52,526 nucleotides of DNA from Chlamydiota bacterium (GCA_013285775.1 JABDHB010000001.1:1-52526), one strand, 5' to 3'; shown: positions 7,148 through 16,053, counted from the stretch's first letter. Translations and numbers: made by a program. Notes: generated by a model not told the origin, from the letters alone.

Positions 7148-8299
7148 GTGCCTATGAAAAAGGAACTCATTGAAAAGTTGTTCGAAATTAGTGAAAAGAG
7201 GGGGATGAACCTGAGTCTGGATAAGGCTTGGGAACTTGCCGATGCTCTCGGCCTTCCTGAATTTCCGATGATCCATGTGGCTGGAACAAATGGAAAAGGA
7301 TCTGTCACTACAAAGATTGGAAAGGCTTATGAGTTGCTCGGTTATCGAGTGGGAGTCTATACGTCCCCCCATTTATTTACATTTAGAGAACGGATTGTCA
7401 TTAATGGAGAGATGATTTCAGAGCAGGCTGTAAATGAAGGCCTGGAAAAGATCTTTTCTTTGGGCATTGATGCTACCTACTTTGAAATACTTACTTTTTT
7501 GGCTTTTGACTATTTTAGTAAGGAGCAAATTGACATCGCGATCATTGAAACGGGGTTAGGAGGGCGGTTAGATGCCACGAATGTGATTACCCCTATTCTT
7601 ACGGTTATCACTTCTATAGCAGAGGACCATATGCCCCTTTTGGGAACGACTTTGGAAGAAGTAGCTCAAGAAAAAGCGGGAATCATCAAGCCGGGAATCC
7701 CTCTAGTGATCGGTCCAAAGGCCCAATATAGGGCTATCATGGATAAGGCCGATGAGCTCTATATTGCAGATGAGGTAGAAGGGGACTTTGATGCCCAAAA
7801 TAGTGAAATTGCTAGGTTAGCCCTAGAAGTGAATGGGGTTGTTTGCCCCGAGGCTCTAAAAGTAAGGCCTATGTGCCGGTTTGAGCAAGAAGGGGATGTG
7901 ATTTACGATGTCGCTCATAATGCGGATGGGTTTAAAGCTCTATTTAAAGCACTCGAACTTCATTTTCCAGGAGAGGCTATAACGGCCATTGTGGGGATGT
8001 CCAAGGATAAAAACATAGAAAAATGTTTTGAAGTACTAGTCAAGCATTGTAAACACATCCATTTGGTAGAGGCAAATAGCCCTAGGGCCGCTACAAAAGA
8101 AGAGCTTGCAGCTGTTTTAGACCAAATGAATTATTGCTCCTATACAACAGGGACCATTGAAGACGGAATGGGTACCGCAGGCAAAAAAGTTGTCTGCGGC
8201 ACGTTTTTTATTATGAAAGATGCTAGAAATTATCCTACTAAAGACACTCTTGACTTGAATGAGAGGTCGCTTAGCATCAGCTCTTCTAGTCTCACCTGA
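7148..8299 (+). CDS. folC: folylpolyglutamate synthase / dihydrofolate synthase
   Basis: 383 aa. Mur-ligase-type P-loop HVAGTNGKGSV, then TSPHL..F.ERI.ING and ETGLGGRLDATNV. The 3' end overlaps the convergent ORF 8230..9072 by 70 nt. Confidence 0.9.
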   Translation: MPMKKELIEKLFEISEKRGMNLSLDKAWELADALGLPEFPMIHVAGTNGKGSVTTKIGKAYELLGYRVGVYTSPHLFTFRERIVINGEMISEQAVNEGLEKIFSLGIDATYFEILTFLAFDYFSKEQIDIAIIETGLGGRLDATNVITPILTVITSIAEDHMPLLGTTLEEVAQEKAGIIKPGIPLVIGPKAQYRAIMDKADELYIADEVEGDFDAQNSEIARLALEVNGVVCPEALKVRPMCRFEQEGDVIYDVAHNADGFKALFKALELHFPGEAITAIVGMSKDKNIEKCFEVLVKHCKHIHLVEANSPRAATKEELAAVLDQMNYCSYTTGTIEDGMGTAGKKVVCGTFFIMKDARNYPTKDTLDLNERSLSISSSSLT

Positions 8300-9072
8300 T
8301 CTGCTTCTTTAAATAAAGAATTTATTTCAAGCTCGTTTATGTCTGCAGAATCAGCGATCTCAAAAGCAGCTGTAAGGATCGCCTGCATCATATTCCCTTG
8401 AGAAGAGGACAAGTGGGCTTGCACTCGTCTTTTGGGAAACTCTGCAAGTTGATTGAGCTTTATTTGAGCGCATTTCGTTCTATGTTGGTAAAACAGATCA
8501 GCTATCTCAAACAAATCGAGGGCAACTTCATCTTTTTCACACTCCTCTATGCTTGGCGAGCTTGGGACCTGTCTTGGAGGGATGTAACCTCCCGCGGCTT
8601 TTTTTAGTGCATCCTTTGCAAAGGCAATCACTTTACGGTCTTTTTTTAGAAGACGGTGGTTTTTACAGATATTTGTCACATGGTCTTGTAAAATTTTTTC
8701 TTGAATTTTGATCTCTTTTGGCAAAGATTTTTTTACTAATTCTTCCAGTTTTAGAGCTTCCTGCTCAAGTTTTAAAATTTCCGAGGTGACCCACTGATTG
8801 TCTATTCTTCCGTAAAGGGTGATCATTCTCTCGTCGAGACCATCTATCAGAGTATTGATTTGGATTTGCGTAAAAACATTTATTGAGCTAATTTGAGCTT
8901 GGATTTCTTTCAGCTCTATTTGAGCTCTTTCGAGTTCTCGGAAAAGTTCTTCGTGCAGCTCTGGAGATATGATGGGGGTATTGTGGAGCCTTTCTTCGAC
9001 AGCTTCCACCTTTCTTACCAACAATTCTGACACTTTAATAAGTTGTCTGGAATCCATATTTTTGTACTCCAT
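8230..9072 (-). CDS. hypothetical coiled-coil protein
   Basis: 280-aa ORF rich in E/K/L/Q heptad-like stretches. It has no TM segment and no recognised family. A 240-bp AT-rich region lies upstream. Confidence 0.55.
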   Translation of the reverse strand: MEYKNMDSRQLIKVSELLVRKVEAVEERLHNTPIISPELHEELFRELERAQIELKEIQAQISSINVFTQIQINTLIDGLDERMITLYGRIDNQWVTSEILKLEQEALKLEELVKKSLPKEIKIQEKILQDHVTNICKNHRLLKKDRKVIAFAKDALKKAAGGYIPPRQVPSSPSIEECEKDEVALDLFEIADLFYQHRTKCAQIKLNQLAEFPKRRVQAHLSSSQGNMMQAILTAAFEIADSADINELEINSLFKEADQVRLEELMLSDLSFKSRVSLVG

Positions 9073-9311
9073 TTATTAAGTTATTATAACTATTATGAAG
9101 CTATTGTTACGATTTAATTAAGCTTCTTTAATAATTATAACTAATTTATTGTAGTTTGGCAACCCGTAAACTTTATTTAACCTAGATTCCGACAACTTTA
9201 AATTTTACTCTTTACAATATTCTTCACGATCTTCAAAATCGGAATAGGGGTCTCTTTTCCCAACACATAATCATGCGATTAAATGATGTAAAGCGAAACC
9301 TGAATTAAAAT

Positions 9312-9878
9312 TTATTTTATATGTTTTTGAATAAAAATCAGAGAAGGGGAGGTTTCTCTATTAACCCAGCGGGTGTAAGAGGCGCTAAAGACCTTTGGGT
9401 CTAGGGTAGAACAGAGGCTTAAGAGGGCTTTTTCTTCTTTTTCTCCCTCAGGATGGCCTGGATAACAGGTGATCGATACACCGCCTGTGGCCAAGGCAAG
9501 GGCCTTTTTTACACTAAGAAGGGTGGTCTCTGTCATTGTGGTGATAGACTTGTTTTTTCCAGGGAGGTAGCCTAAGTTGTAAATAATTAACTTTACTCTG
9601 TTTTCTTCAGGAAATTCTACATGGGATTGGTGATAGAACAGAACTCTCTCTTTTTCTTCAGCGGAAAGGAGCATTTGCGCGGCCTCTAAGGCCTCTTTTT
9701 GGATGTCTAATGAGAGTACTTTTCCTTGTGATAAAATCTTTACTAGTTCTAGCGTATCATGTCCATTGCCACAAGTAGCATCGACTGCTGTATCTGTGGG
9801 AAGCAAGAGCTTTTCCCAAAACTGGTGTGCGAGATCGAGGTGGGAGTCGAAAACAGAAAATTGTTGTCTTCTATGCAT
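9312..9878 (-). CDS. ytqB: class I SAM-dependent methyltransferase, YtqB/MnmM family
   Basis: 188 aa. Motifs match B. subtilis YtqB as I recall it: VDATCGNGHDT, YNLGYLPGKNKSITT, CYPGHPEGEKE. Confidence 0.8.
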   Translation of the reverse strand: MHRRQQFSVFDSHLDLAHQFWEKLLLPTDTAVDATCGNGHDTLELVKILSQGKVLSLDIQKEALEAAQMLLSAEEKERVLFYHQSHVEFPEENRVKLIIYNLGYLPGKNKSITTMTETTLLSVKKALALATGGVSITCYPGHPEGEKEEKALLSLCSTLDPKVFSASYTRWVNRETSPSLIFIQKHIK

Positions 9879-9913
9879 AAAAAAAGTATCCTATACCCGT
9901 TATTAAATACCAA

Positions 9914-9987
9914 GGGGTATTAGCTCAGTTGGTTAGAGCGCCTCGTTGACATCGAGGAGGTCAGCTGTTCGAGTCAGCTATATCCCA
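9914..9987 (+). tRNA. tRNA-Val (anticodon GAC)
   Basis: Manual cloverleaf fold. Acceptor GGGGTAT/ATATCCC, D stem GCTC/GAGC, anticodon stem CCTCG/CGAGG with loop TTGACAT, variable loop AGGTC, T arm AGCTG-TTCGAGT-CAGCT, discriminator A. CCA is not encoded. Confidence 0.9.
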
Positions 9988-10002
9988 CACTTTGAACGCA
10001 GA

Positions 10003-11218
10003 ATGCAAAACGCAAATCTAAAAATAAAGCATGCAGCAGCCCAAGTCATGGCTGCCGCTGTTCTTGACGTATTTCCTGGTACAATACTGGTAGAGGGACG
10101 GGGCCTTAGGCAAGGTTTCTATTACGATTTTATCTTTACATTTTCCTTTAGAGAGGAATTTCTTGTTCTCATTGAAGAGAGGATGAGAAAGATTATAAAG
10201 GAAAAAAGAGAGATCAAAAAAATCGAGATGGTCCCGGTAAGCGCAGCTGGGTTTTTAAGGCACAAAGGACAGCCGCTTAGAGCTGAAGCCGCAGAAAGCT
10301 CTCCTGATACGTTGATTTCGCTTATGCAGATTGGGGAACATGTCGACTATCAAGAATTTGATTTTTCTGAAGATGTTGGGATAGTAGGATCTTTTAAATT
10401 ACTCAAATTTAGTGAGGTGGGCGGGGCTACCCGTATTTTGGGGACAGCTTTTTCTTCTAAAGAGGAGCTTAAAGCGGCTTTAAAAGAAGAGATTTCAATC
10501 GAGCCTTGTGATCATAGAAAAATAGGGGAAGAGATGAAACTCTTCGCTCCTGTAGAGGATTCAGGCTATTGGAGATGGCTTCCTAATGGGGATATTCTGC
10601 GCCAGCAGATGCTAGAACTTTTACCAAAAACTTTTTTAAGATACGTGCATGATGAAAATGCTGCAGGAGAAGGGATGCTTGATTCCAGGGGGTATTTTCT
10701 AGATCAAACAACTCATTTAAAAGAACCCTTGCAATTCATCGTAAAATTATTTAAACTTTGTGGAATAAAAAAGTACAGGTCTGTTGCTGATCAATTTTTG
10801 ATCGAAGACGATCTGGGCAGGGAGTGGCCGGGCCCTTATGTTGAGCAAGAAGTTTGCTCAGTGTTTGGTCCGATGGAACGGTTTGTGGCTGTGATGCTCG
10901 AACAAAACGGGGGGGAAGTTGCCCTTCTTTTTGGCTCCTGAGCAAGTAAGGGTTATCGTTATAGACGATATGCCTGAAGAGTTTATTTGCCACTTGCGCT
11001 CTATTGGAATACGTGCTACGGTAGATGCCCGTGATGCACAATTAAAGATGAGGGTGCGAGAAGCTCTTTTAGAGCGAGTTCCTTATATTATTGTGATAGG
11101 GAAAAAAGAACTGCAAACGAACAGCGTCACTGTAAGAGCTTATTCTGCAGTAGAACAGACAATGCTAGTTGATAAACTATTGGATAGGTTAAAACTTGAG
11201 AATCAACAGAGAGATTAG
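10003..11218 (+). pseudogene. thrS: thrS-like remnant: ThrRS second-additional (editing) domain, collapsed class II core and anticodon-binding domain, split by a frameshift at a G7 tract
   Basis: Frame 1 (to 10941) contains GFYYDF, FKLLKFS, RILGTAFSSKEELKAALKE, DHRKIGEEMKLF and GPMERFVAVMLEQ. Frame 2 (from 10919) continues LPFFLAPEQVRVIVI...GIRATVDARDAQLKMRVREA.L.RVPYIIVIGKKE, an anticodon-binding domain. The frames switch at ggggggg (10909..10915). About 170 aa of catalytic core and the TGS domain are missing. Editing-site residues (HxxxH, CRGPH) are not conserved. Confidence 0.7.
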
Positions 11219-11705
11219 AGCGCCAAGAGTGCGCGTGATCGGTTCAGACGGAAGTCAATTAGGAGTATTACTCTTAAGCGAAGCTTTGGGAAAAGCGGAC
11301 CTTGAGGGATTGGATCTTGTAGAAATTTCTGCAGCTTCAGACCCTCCTGTTTGTAAAATTATCGATTATGGCAAATACCGTTATCAGATTACAAAAAAAG
11401 AAAAAGAAGGGAAAAAGTCGCAGCATCAGGTAAAAGTTAAAGAGATCAAAGTGAAACCGAATACTGATGAGCACGATTTACAAACAAAAGTGAAGCATGG
11501 TCGAGAATTTCTTTCGAAAGGAAACAAAGTACGGTTGACTTGCGTTTTTCGTGGAAGAGAGATGATGCATCCTGAGTTTGGCCAGAAAATAGTGCGTAAA
11601 ATGTTAGAGGGGATGGCAGACCTAGGTTCAGCTGAAGCTCCTCCAAAAATGCTCGGCAAAAGCCTCTCGGTAGTTATTGCTCCTGGAGTTAAGAAAAAAG
11701 CTTAA
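11196..11705 (+). CDS. infC: translation initiation factor IF-3
   Basis: 169 aa: RINREIRAPRVRVIGSDGSQLGV...PPVCKIIDYGKYRY. The frame opens just after a TAA at 11190. Only non-ATG starts are available (TTG 11196, ATC 11202, ATT 11214). Confidence 0.9.
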   Translation: MRINREIRAPRVRVIGSDGSQLGVLLLSEALGKADLEGLDLVEISAASDPPVCKIIDYGKYRYQITKKEKEGKKSQHQVKVKEIKVKPNTDEHDLQTKVKHGREFLSKGNKVRLTCVFRGREMMHPEFGQKIVRKMLEGMADLGSAEAPPKMLGKSLSVVIAPGVKKKA

Positions 11706-11719
11706 AAATAAGGTCTACT

Positions 11720-11923
11720 ATGGCAAAAGTAAAACAAAAAACAAACAAAGCTGTTAAGGCGAGATTCAAAGTGACTGGAACTGGGAAACTACTACGTGGA
11801 AAACCTGGAAGCCGACACATTTTAACAAAGAAATCTTCAAATCGTAAACGCCGTTTACGTAAAGATGCTCTTGTTGATCATGGACAAACAAAAATGTATG
11901 CACGCCTCATGGGTGTAGCGTAA
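11720..11923 (+). CDS. rpmI: 50S ribosomal protein L35
   Basis: 67 aa (MAKVKQKTNKAVKARFKVTGTGKLLR...) in the canonical position after infC. Confidence 0.95.
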   Translation: MAKVKQKTNKAVKARFKVTGTGKLLRGKPGSRHILTKKSSNRKRRLRKDALVDHGQTKMYARLMGVA

Positions 11924-11942
11924 GAAATATTAGGAGAATTTT

Positions 11943-12299
11943 ATGGCAAGAGTAACAAACGCAGTAGCACGTCATCGTAAGATTAAAAGACTGCTCAAGC
12001 GTGCAAAAGGTTTCGTAGGAGATAGAAAGAACCACGTTCGTCTAACTTACGATGCTGTTTTATCAGCAATGGCTTTTAATTATCGCCATCGTAAAGAAAA
12101 GAAAAGAGACTACAGAGCTCTTTGGACAACTCGTATTGGAGCCGCTGCTAAAATGAACGGCGTTTCCTACAGCAAGTTGATTTTTGGACTAAAGAAAGCA
12201 GGTTGCTCAATCAACCGTAAAATGCTCTCTGACATGGCAATCAAAGATCCAGCTAGCTTTGCTGCAGTTGCTGAAACTGCAAAAAAGGCCCTGGTTTAA
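11943..12299 (+). CDS. rplT: 50S ribosomal protein L20
   Basis: 118 aa (MARVTNAVARHRKIKRLLKRAKGF.G...YR.RK.KKRDYR.LW..RI.AA). AGGAGA SD upstream. Confidence 0.95.
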   Translation: MARVTNAVARHRKIKRLLKRAKGFVGDRKNHVRLTYDAVLSAMAFNYRHRKEKKRDYRALWTTRIGAAAKMNGVSYSKLIFGLKKAGCSINRKMLSDMAIKDPASFAAVAETAKKALV

Positions 12300-12327
12300 A
12301 CCTGGGCTGGTTCACACACACCCTATA

Positions 12328-12496
12328 CCTAGGGCGATGCCCTAGGCTACAGAGTTTTAGCCCGTTGGGCTAAGGGATTGAGCTAACCTAGGTTGGTGAT
12401 GCTGTGAGCTTTTAGCCCGAAGGGCTAGAACTCTGTAGCCTGGGGCATCGCCCCAGGTTAGGTCCAAAATCTAATCGCAGCCTGTAGGGCTGCAAC
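12328..12496. repeat. Repeat family B, copy 2 (same modules, different order), inside the rplT-pheS spacer
   Basis: cctagggcgatgccctaggctacagagttttagcccgttgggcta (12328..12372), its inverted partner agcccgaagggctagaactctgtagcctggggcatcgccccagg (~12413..12457), and aatcgcagcctgtagggctgcaac (12473..12496). Confidence 0.9.
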
Positions 12497-12512
12497 TAAA
12501 ACGTTGGGTCTT

Positions 12513-13532
12513 ATGCACGAAAGAGTCTCTTCTCTTAGACAACAGTTTCAGGCTGATTTCACCAAAATCGCACAATCTAAAGACGTCGAAGAAATTAAAG
12601 TTAAATATCTTGGCAAAAAAGGTCCTATTCAGCAGCTGATGCAGGATTTGCGCAACGTTTCAGCAGAAGATCGCCCCCTCATGGGTAAACTCATCAATGA
12701 GCTTAAAGAAGAAATCACCCATCTTTGCGAAAAAGGACTTGAAGGATTAAGCCAAGCAGAAGAAGCGCAAAAACTTCAAGAAGAGAAGATCGATGTCACT
12801 TTTCCAGGACGGACCCATTTTTTAGGAAAAAAACATCCTGTCTATCTTCTCATGGATGAAGTTCTCTCTATTTTTAAAGGAATGGGATTTTCTGTTCATT
12901 ATGGACCCGACATAGATTCTGATTATTACAATTACGAAGGACTCAATTTCCCGAAAAATCATCCTGCAAGAGACATGCAAGACACTTTTTACCTCACTCC
13001 CGACATGCTCCTTCGCTCCCACACATCCAACACACAACTTCGGATCATGGAAGCACACAAACCTCCTCTACGTGTGGTTATGCCTGGTACCGTTTATAGA
13101 AATGAAGATATTAGCGCTCGTTCTCATGTTTTTTTTCATCAGGTAGAAGGGATGTACATTGATAAGCACGTAACGTTTGCAGATCTTTTTGCAACCATGC
13201 ATGAATTTTGGAGCAAACTTTTTAAAACTGATGTTGTAACTCGCTTCCGTCCTAGTTATTTTCCATTTGTTGAGCCAGGTCTTGAAGTAGACATCAAATG
13301 TACTTCGTGCCAAGGATCGGGCTGCCGCCTTTGTAAACATACAGGTTGGCTAGAAGTTGTTGGCGCTGGCATGATCCATCCTGAAGTTCTAAAAAACGGC
13401 GGTATCGATCCTGAAGTGTATTCAGGCTTTGCTTGGGGCTTTGGCATAGAACGCCTCGCTCTTCTCCTCTATGGCATTACCGATATCCGCGCCTTTACCC
13501 AAAACGACCTAAAACTGTTGCAACAATTTTAA
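12513..13532 (+). CDS. pheS: phenylalanine--tRNA ligase alpha subunit
   Basis: 339 aa from ATG 12513; the ORF opens at TTG 12504. Class II motifs present: HPARDMQDTFY, LLRSHTSNTQ.R, FRPSYFPFVEPG.EVD, GAGMIHP.VL, AWGFGIERLA.L. Confidence 0.95.
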   Translation: MHERVSSLRQQFQADFTKIAQSKDVEEIKVKYLGKKGPIQQLMQDLRNVSAEDRPLMGKLINELKEEITHLCEKGLEGLSQAEEAQKLQEEKIDVTFPGRTHFLGKKHPVYLLMDEVLSIFKGMGFSVHYGPDIDSDYYNYEGLNFPKNHPARDMQDTFYLTPDMLLRSHTSNTQLRIMEAHKPPLRVVMPGTVYRNEDISARSHVFFHQVEGMYIDKHVTFADLFATMHEFWSKLFKTDVVTRFRPSYFPFVEPGLEVDIKCTSCQGSGCRLCKHTGWLEVVGAGMIHPEVLKNGGIDPEVYSGFAWGFGIERLALLLYGITDIRAFTQNDLKLLQQF

Positions 13533-13564
13533 CAAGTTGTTATGATCCTCGCACATATTCGGCA

Positions 13565-13649
13565 TGGAAGAGTGGCAGAGTGGCCGATTGCGTCTGTCTT
13601 GAAAACAGAAGTCGGGCAACCGACCGTGGGTTCGAATCCTACCTCTTCC
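13565..13649 (+). tRNA. tRNA-Ser (anticodon UGA)
   Basis: Manual fold. Acceptor GGAAGAG/CTCTTCC, anticodon stem TCTGT/ACAGA with loop CTTGAAA, long variable arm (TCGG-GCAA-CCGA), T arm GTGGG-TTCGAAT-CCTAC, discriminator G. Confidence 0.9.
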
Positions 13650-13660
13650 GATCAAACAAA

Positions 13661-13688
13661 AAAACCCACCAATCGGTGGGTTTTTTTA
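13661..13688 (+). terminator. rho-independent terminator after tRNA-Ser
   Basis: aaacccacc-aatc-ggtgggttttttttt: a 6-bp GC stem flanked by an A-run and followed by a T-run. Confidence 0.7.
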
Positions 13689-13690
13689 TT

Positions 13691-13880
13691 TTTCCATTCT
13701 TCATCGCGAAGCGATTTTGGAGTGCGCAAATTTATTTGCGCTTTTCTCCACATCGATTTATCGATGTGTGCGTGGTGGCGGAATGCTTGTTAGATACAGC
13801 TTGTTCATCGATGAATCGATGAAGAGAAAAGCGCAAATAAATTTGCGCACTCCAAAATCGCTTCGCGATGAAGAATGGGA
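13691..13880. repeat. Repeat family A, copy 2
   Basis: tttccattcttcatcgcgaagcgattttggagtgcgcaaatttatttgcgcttttctc ... gagaaaagcgcaaataaatttgcgcactccaaaatcgcttcgcgatgaagaatgggaaa. The centre has catcgatttatcgatg and catcgatgaatcgatg. It lies between tRNA-Ser and the convergent MORN gene. Confidence 0.9.
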
Positions 13881-13936
13881 AATTTTTGCCCACGCGCTGT
13901 CGCGGCGTCAGTTTATGTTATGATTTGATAGTGAAT

Positions 13937-15286
13937 TCACTGCGTAGAAACTAATTTGAGAGATCCTTCTACTTGGCCATTTTTCCACTTCCCAATATAG
14001 ACTGCTCGATTTGGATAAATAAGCGTTCCATGTCCATGGAATCTACCTTCCTGAAAATCTCCAATATAGGTGGATTTTGGAGAAAGAGAAGTTTTTACGC
14101 CTCGTCCATGTGCACCTGCATTAGTAAGCTCTCCCTCGTATTCGTCTCCATTAGAGTAAATAATCTTACCCTGTGTTAAGGTGCCATCTCTCCATTGCCC
14201 TACATATTTGTCTCCGGAAGAGAAAGTGAGTGTTCCTTCTCCATGCTGTCTGTCCTCTTGCCATTGTCCAACATATTTGATCCCAGAGGCCAAAGTGAGT
14301 GTTCCTTCTCCATGCTTTCTGTCATTTTGCCATTGTCCCACATAGGTGTCTCCATTCAGCCAAGTCTGTGTGCCTTCTGAAAGTACGCCTTCAAGCCACT
14401 TTCCTATATAAGTCGTTCCTGAATGATTAATAATTGTGCCAAATCCATTTACAACAAAATTACAACATGCTGTCAAAAGCTTTAGTGAATAACTAGATGA
14501 TAAACCATTTAAAAAATTCAGAGAATTCAGGTTAGGGAATAAAGGAGGTTGTCCTAAACGCGAGCTTTTAGAAAGGACTGTGATAATTTTTTCTGAGGTG
14601 AAATTTCGAGCAGCGGTGAAATTTATAGAAGTAATTTGGGAAAGTCTTTCAGTAGGTAGTGTTTGTAAACAGTTTAGATGTTTCAAGGAAATGAAATTAA
14701 AGTCGAAGTTAGAAAAATCGATTTCTGTGAGATTGGTTAAATAGTTGGAAATTCTTTTCCAATCAGAGCCTTTTCCAAAAATAATTAATGAAAACAAGTG
14801 AATTTTTTCTAAAGAAAGACTGGTTTTTGTCTTGATTTGTTGGATTGCGACTGTTCTAGAAGCTGTATAAAATGGTCTGGAAGTCGTTCTTATAGCTAAA
14901 ATTTCTTTACAATCTAGAAATTGCAAAATGCTGGTTACGTGATCATTTTCTTCGAAAATTTTTGGCGTAGGTGTTTGTGGTTTAGTGGGCAACTCGGGAG
15001 GGAGATTAGGAGAAACTTCGGGGATAATAGAAGGAACTAAATTTACTCGGTTTTTCCAAATATAAGCAGAGGCAATAAAGTTTATAAAAGCAAGGCCTCC
15101 GCTAGCGTATGCAGTATCCAATAATTGTGTGGAAAATTGGGGTAATCTAATAAAAGTTAAGGTCATAAGAATCAGGGCAATTGCTGTAAAGGCAATGCCT
15201 ATGATGGCCGCAGACCTCATGCGCGAGCTTGCTACATGATAGGAAACTGGTTCTTGAGGGAGTGTTTTACTAATTAATATTGTCAT
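13937..15286 (-). CDS. eukaryote-like protein: N-terminal bilobed hydrophobic anchor, F-box-like motif, LRR-like region, C-terminal MORN repeats
   Basis: 449 aa. TM pair AAIIGIAFTAIALILMTLTFI and GGLAFINFIASAYIW. F-box-like ILQFLDCKEILAIRTTSRPFY (about aa 119-140). Leu/Asn-rich LRR-like stretch (LTNLTEIDFSNFDFNFISLKHLNCLQTL...NLNSLNFLNGL). About 6-7 MORN units (YVGQWQNDRKHGEGT, YVGQWQEDRQHGEGT, YEGELTNAGAHGRG, YIGDFQEGRFHGHGT, YIGKWKNGQVEG). Confidence 0.8.
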   Translation of the reverse strand: MTILISKTLPQEPVSYHVASSRMRSAAIIGIAFTAIALILMTLTFIRLPQFSTQLLDTAYASGGLAFINFIASAYIWKNRVNLVPSIIPEVSPNLPPELPTKPQTPTPKIFEENDHVTSILQFLDCKEILAIRTTSRPFYTASRTVAIQQIKTKTSLSLEKIHLFSLIIFGKGSDWKRISNYLTNLTEIDFSNFDFNFISLKHLNCLQTLPTERLSQITSINFTAARNFTSEKIITVLSKSSRLGQPPLFPNLNSLNFLNGLSSSYSLKLLTACCNFVVNGFGTIINHSGTTYIGKWLEGVLSEGTQTWLNGDTYVGQWQNDRKHGEGTLTLASGIKYVGQWQEDRQHGEGTLTFSSGDKYVGQWRDGTLTQGKIIYSNGDEYEGELTNAGAHGRGVKTSLSPKSTYIGDFQEGRFHGHGTLIYPNRAVYIGKWKNGQVEGSLKLVSTQ

Positions 15287-15516
15287 AATGTTTTTTTATT
15301 TATTATAATTATAATTTAAATCAATTTAAAATACAAGTTAATTGTTTTTGAAGATTATTTATATAAAGGTAATGCTTTAAAAATAAAGAGGTTCCATAGG
15401 ATTCGAAGGTGTCCGGCAGCGGCTCATCAAAATTCTGGAGAAAATTACATTGACTCTATAAAATTGACTAAATAGCCTCAAAAACTCATTTATAATTGGT
15501 TGAATAGGGATTTATT

Positions 15517-16053
15517 ATGTCAATTAAAGCAGAATATTTATGGAATAATGTATGCAATGCTGCAAGAGATTTTGAAGCATTATTGGATGTTTCAGAAAAC
15601 AAGAAAATCTTTGGTGTTACTAGAGCAAAAAAGGACCTTAAACGCGCTGTAGAAACTTTTAAGGCAGCGGGAGGTACGCTTACTAGAATAAATGAACTCG
15701 TGTTAGGTTGTTGTTACTATGATACTCTGATTGTAGAGTACGCAGTTAAATATTTTAAACGGGATTCTTGCGTATCCATCGCTTCCTGCAAAACTTTGAC
15801 GGTTCCTTCAGTAACGGATTATGCTAGGAAAGTGTGCTCAGCAATTCTTCAGTGTGTTACTTATTATGTCGTACACGACATGCCTTCGAGATTTACAGAT
15901 TATAGTAAAATGAAACAATCATACACAGAGGCTATCACAGCTGCTCTAGATGTATTCTCAGTTACGGGTTTAAAATCTGCTATGAGAGAAGAAGGGTTTA
16001 AAGAAGCTACATTAAATAAAATCGATCGTGTACAAAAACGGATGATCTTGTAG
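15517..16053 (+). CDS. hypothetical protein
   Basis: 178-aa ORF after a 230-bp AT-rich spacer. No TM segment and no recognised family. Confidence 0.55.
   Translation: MSIKAEYLWNNVCNAARDFEALLDVSENKKIFGVTRAKKDLKRAVETFKAAGGTLTRINELVLGCCYYDTLIVEYAVKYFKRDSCVSIASCKTLTVPSVTDYARKVCSAILQCVTYYVVHDMPSRFTDYSKMKQSYTEAITAALDVFSVTGLKSAMREEGFKEATLNKIDRVQKRMIL

Noticed and set aside
8230-8299. 70-nt convergent overlap of folC and the coiled-coil ORF as a sign of a frameshift or mis-assembly
   Set aside because: Both frames are continuous, and FolC motifs extend close to the overlap. The last ~20 FolC residues (Ser-rich) may simply be non-conserved read-on. There is no homopolymer or obvious frameshift site.
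12328-12496. Structured region upstream of pheS as a T-box or attenuator leader
   Set aside because: The same hairpin modules occur upstream of the OsmC-family gene at 4619-4811, so this is a dispersed repeat rather than a pheS-specific leader. I could find no specifier loop, T-box motif or leader peptide with Phe codons.
14195-14380. Near-identical ~69-bp tandem DNA repeats as a non-coding VNTR
   Set aside because: They are in frame within the MORN-repeat gene and correspond to consecutive 23-aa MORN units (YVGQWQ.DR.HGEGTLT). They are coding repeats.
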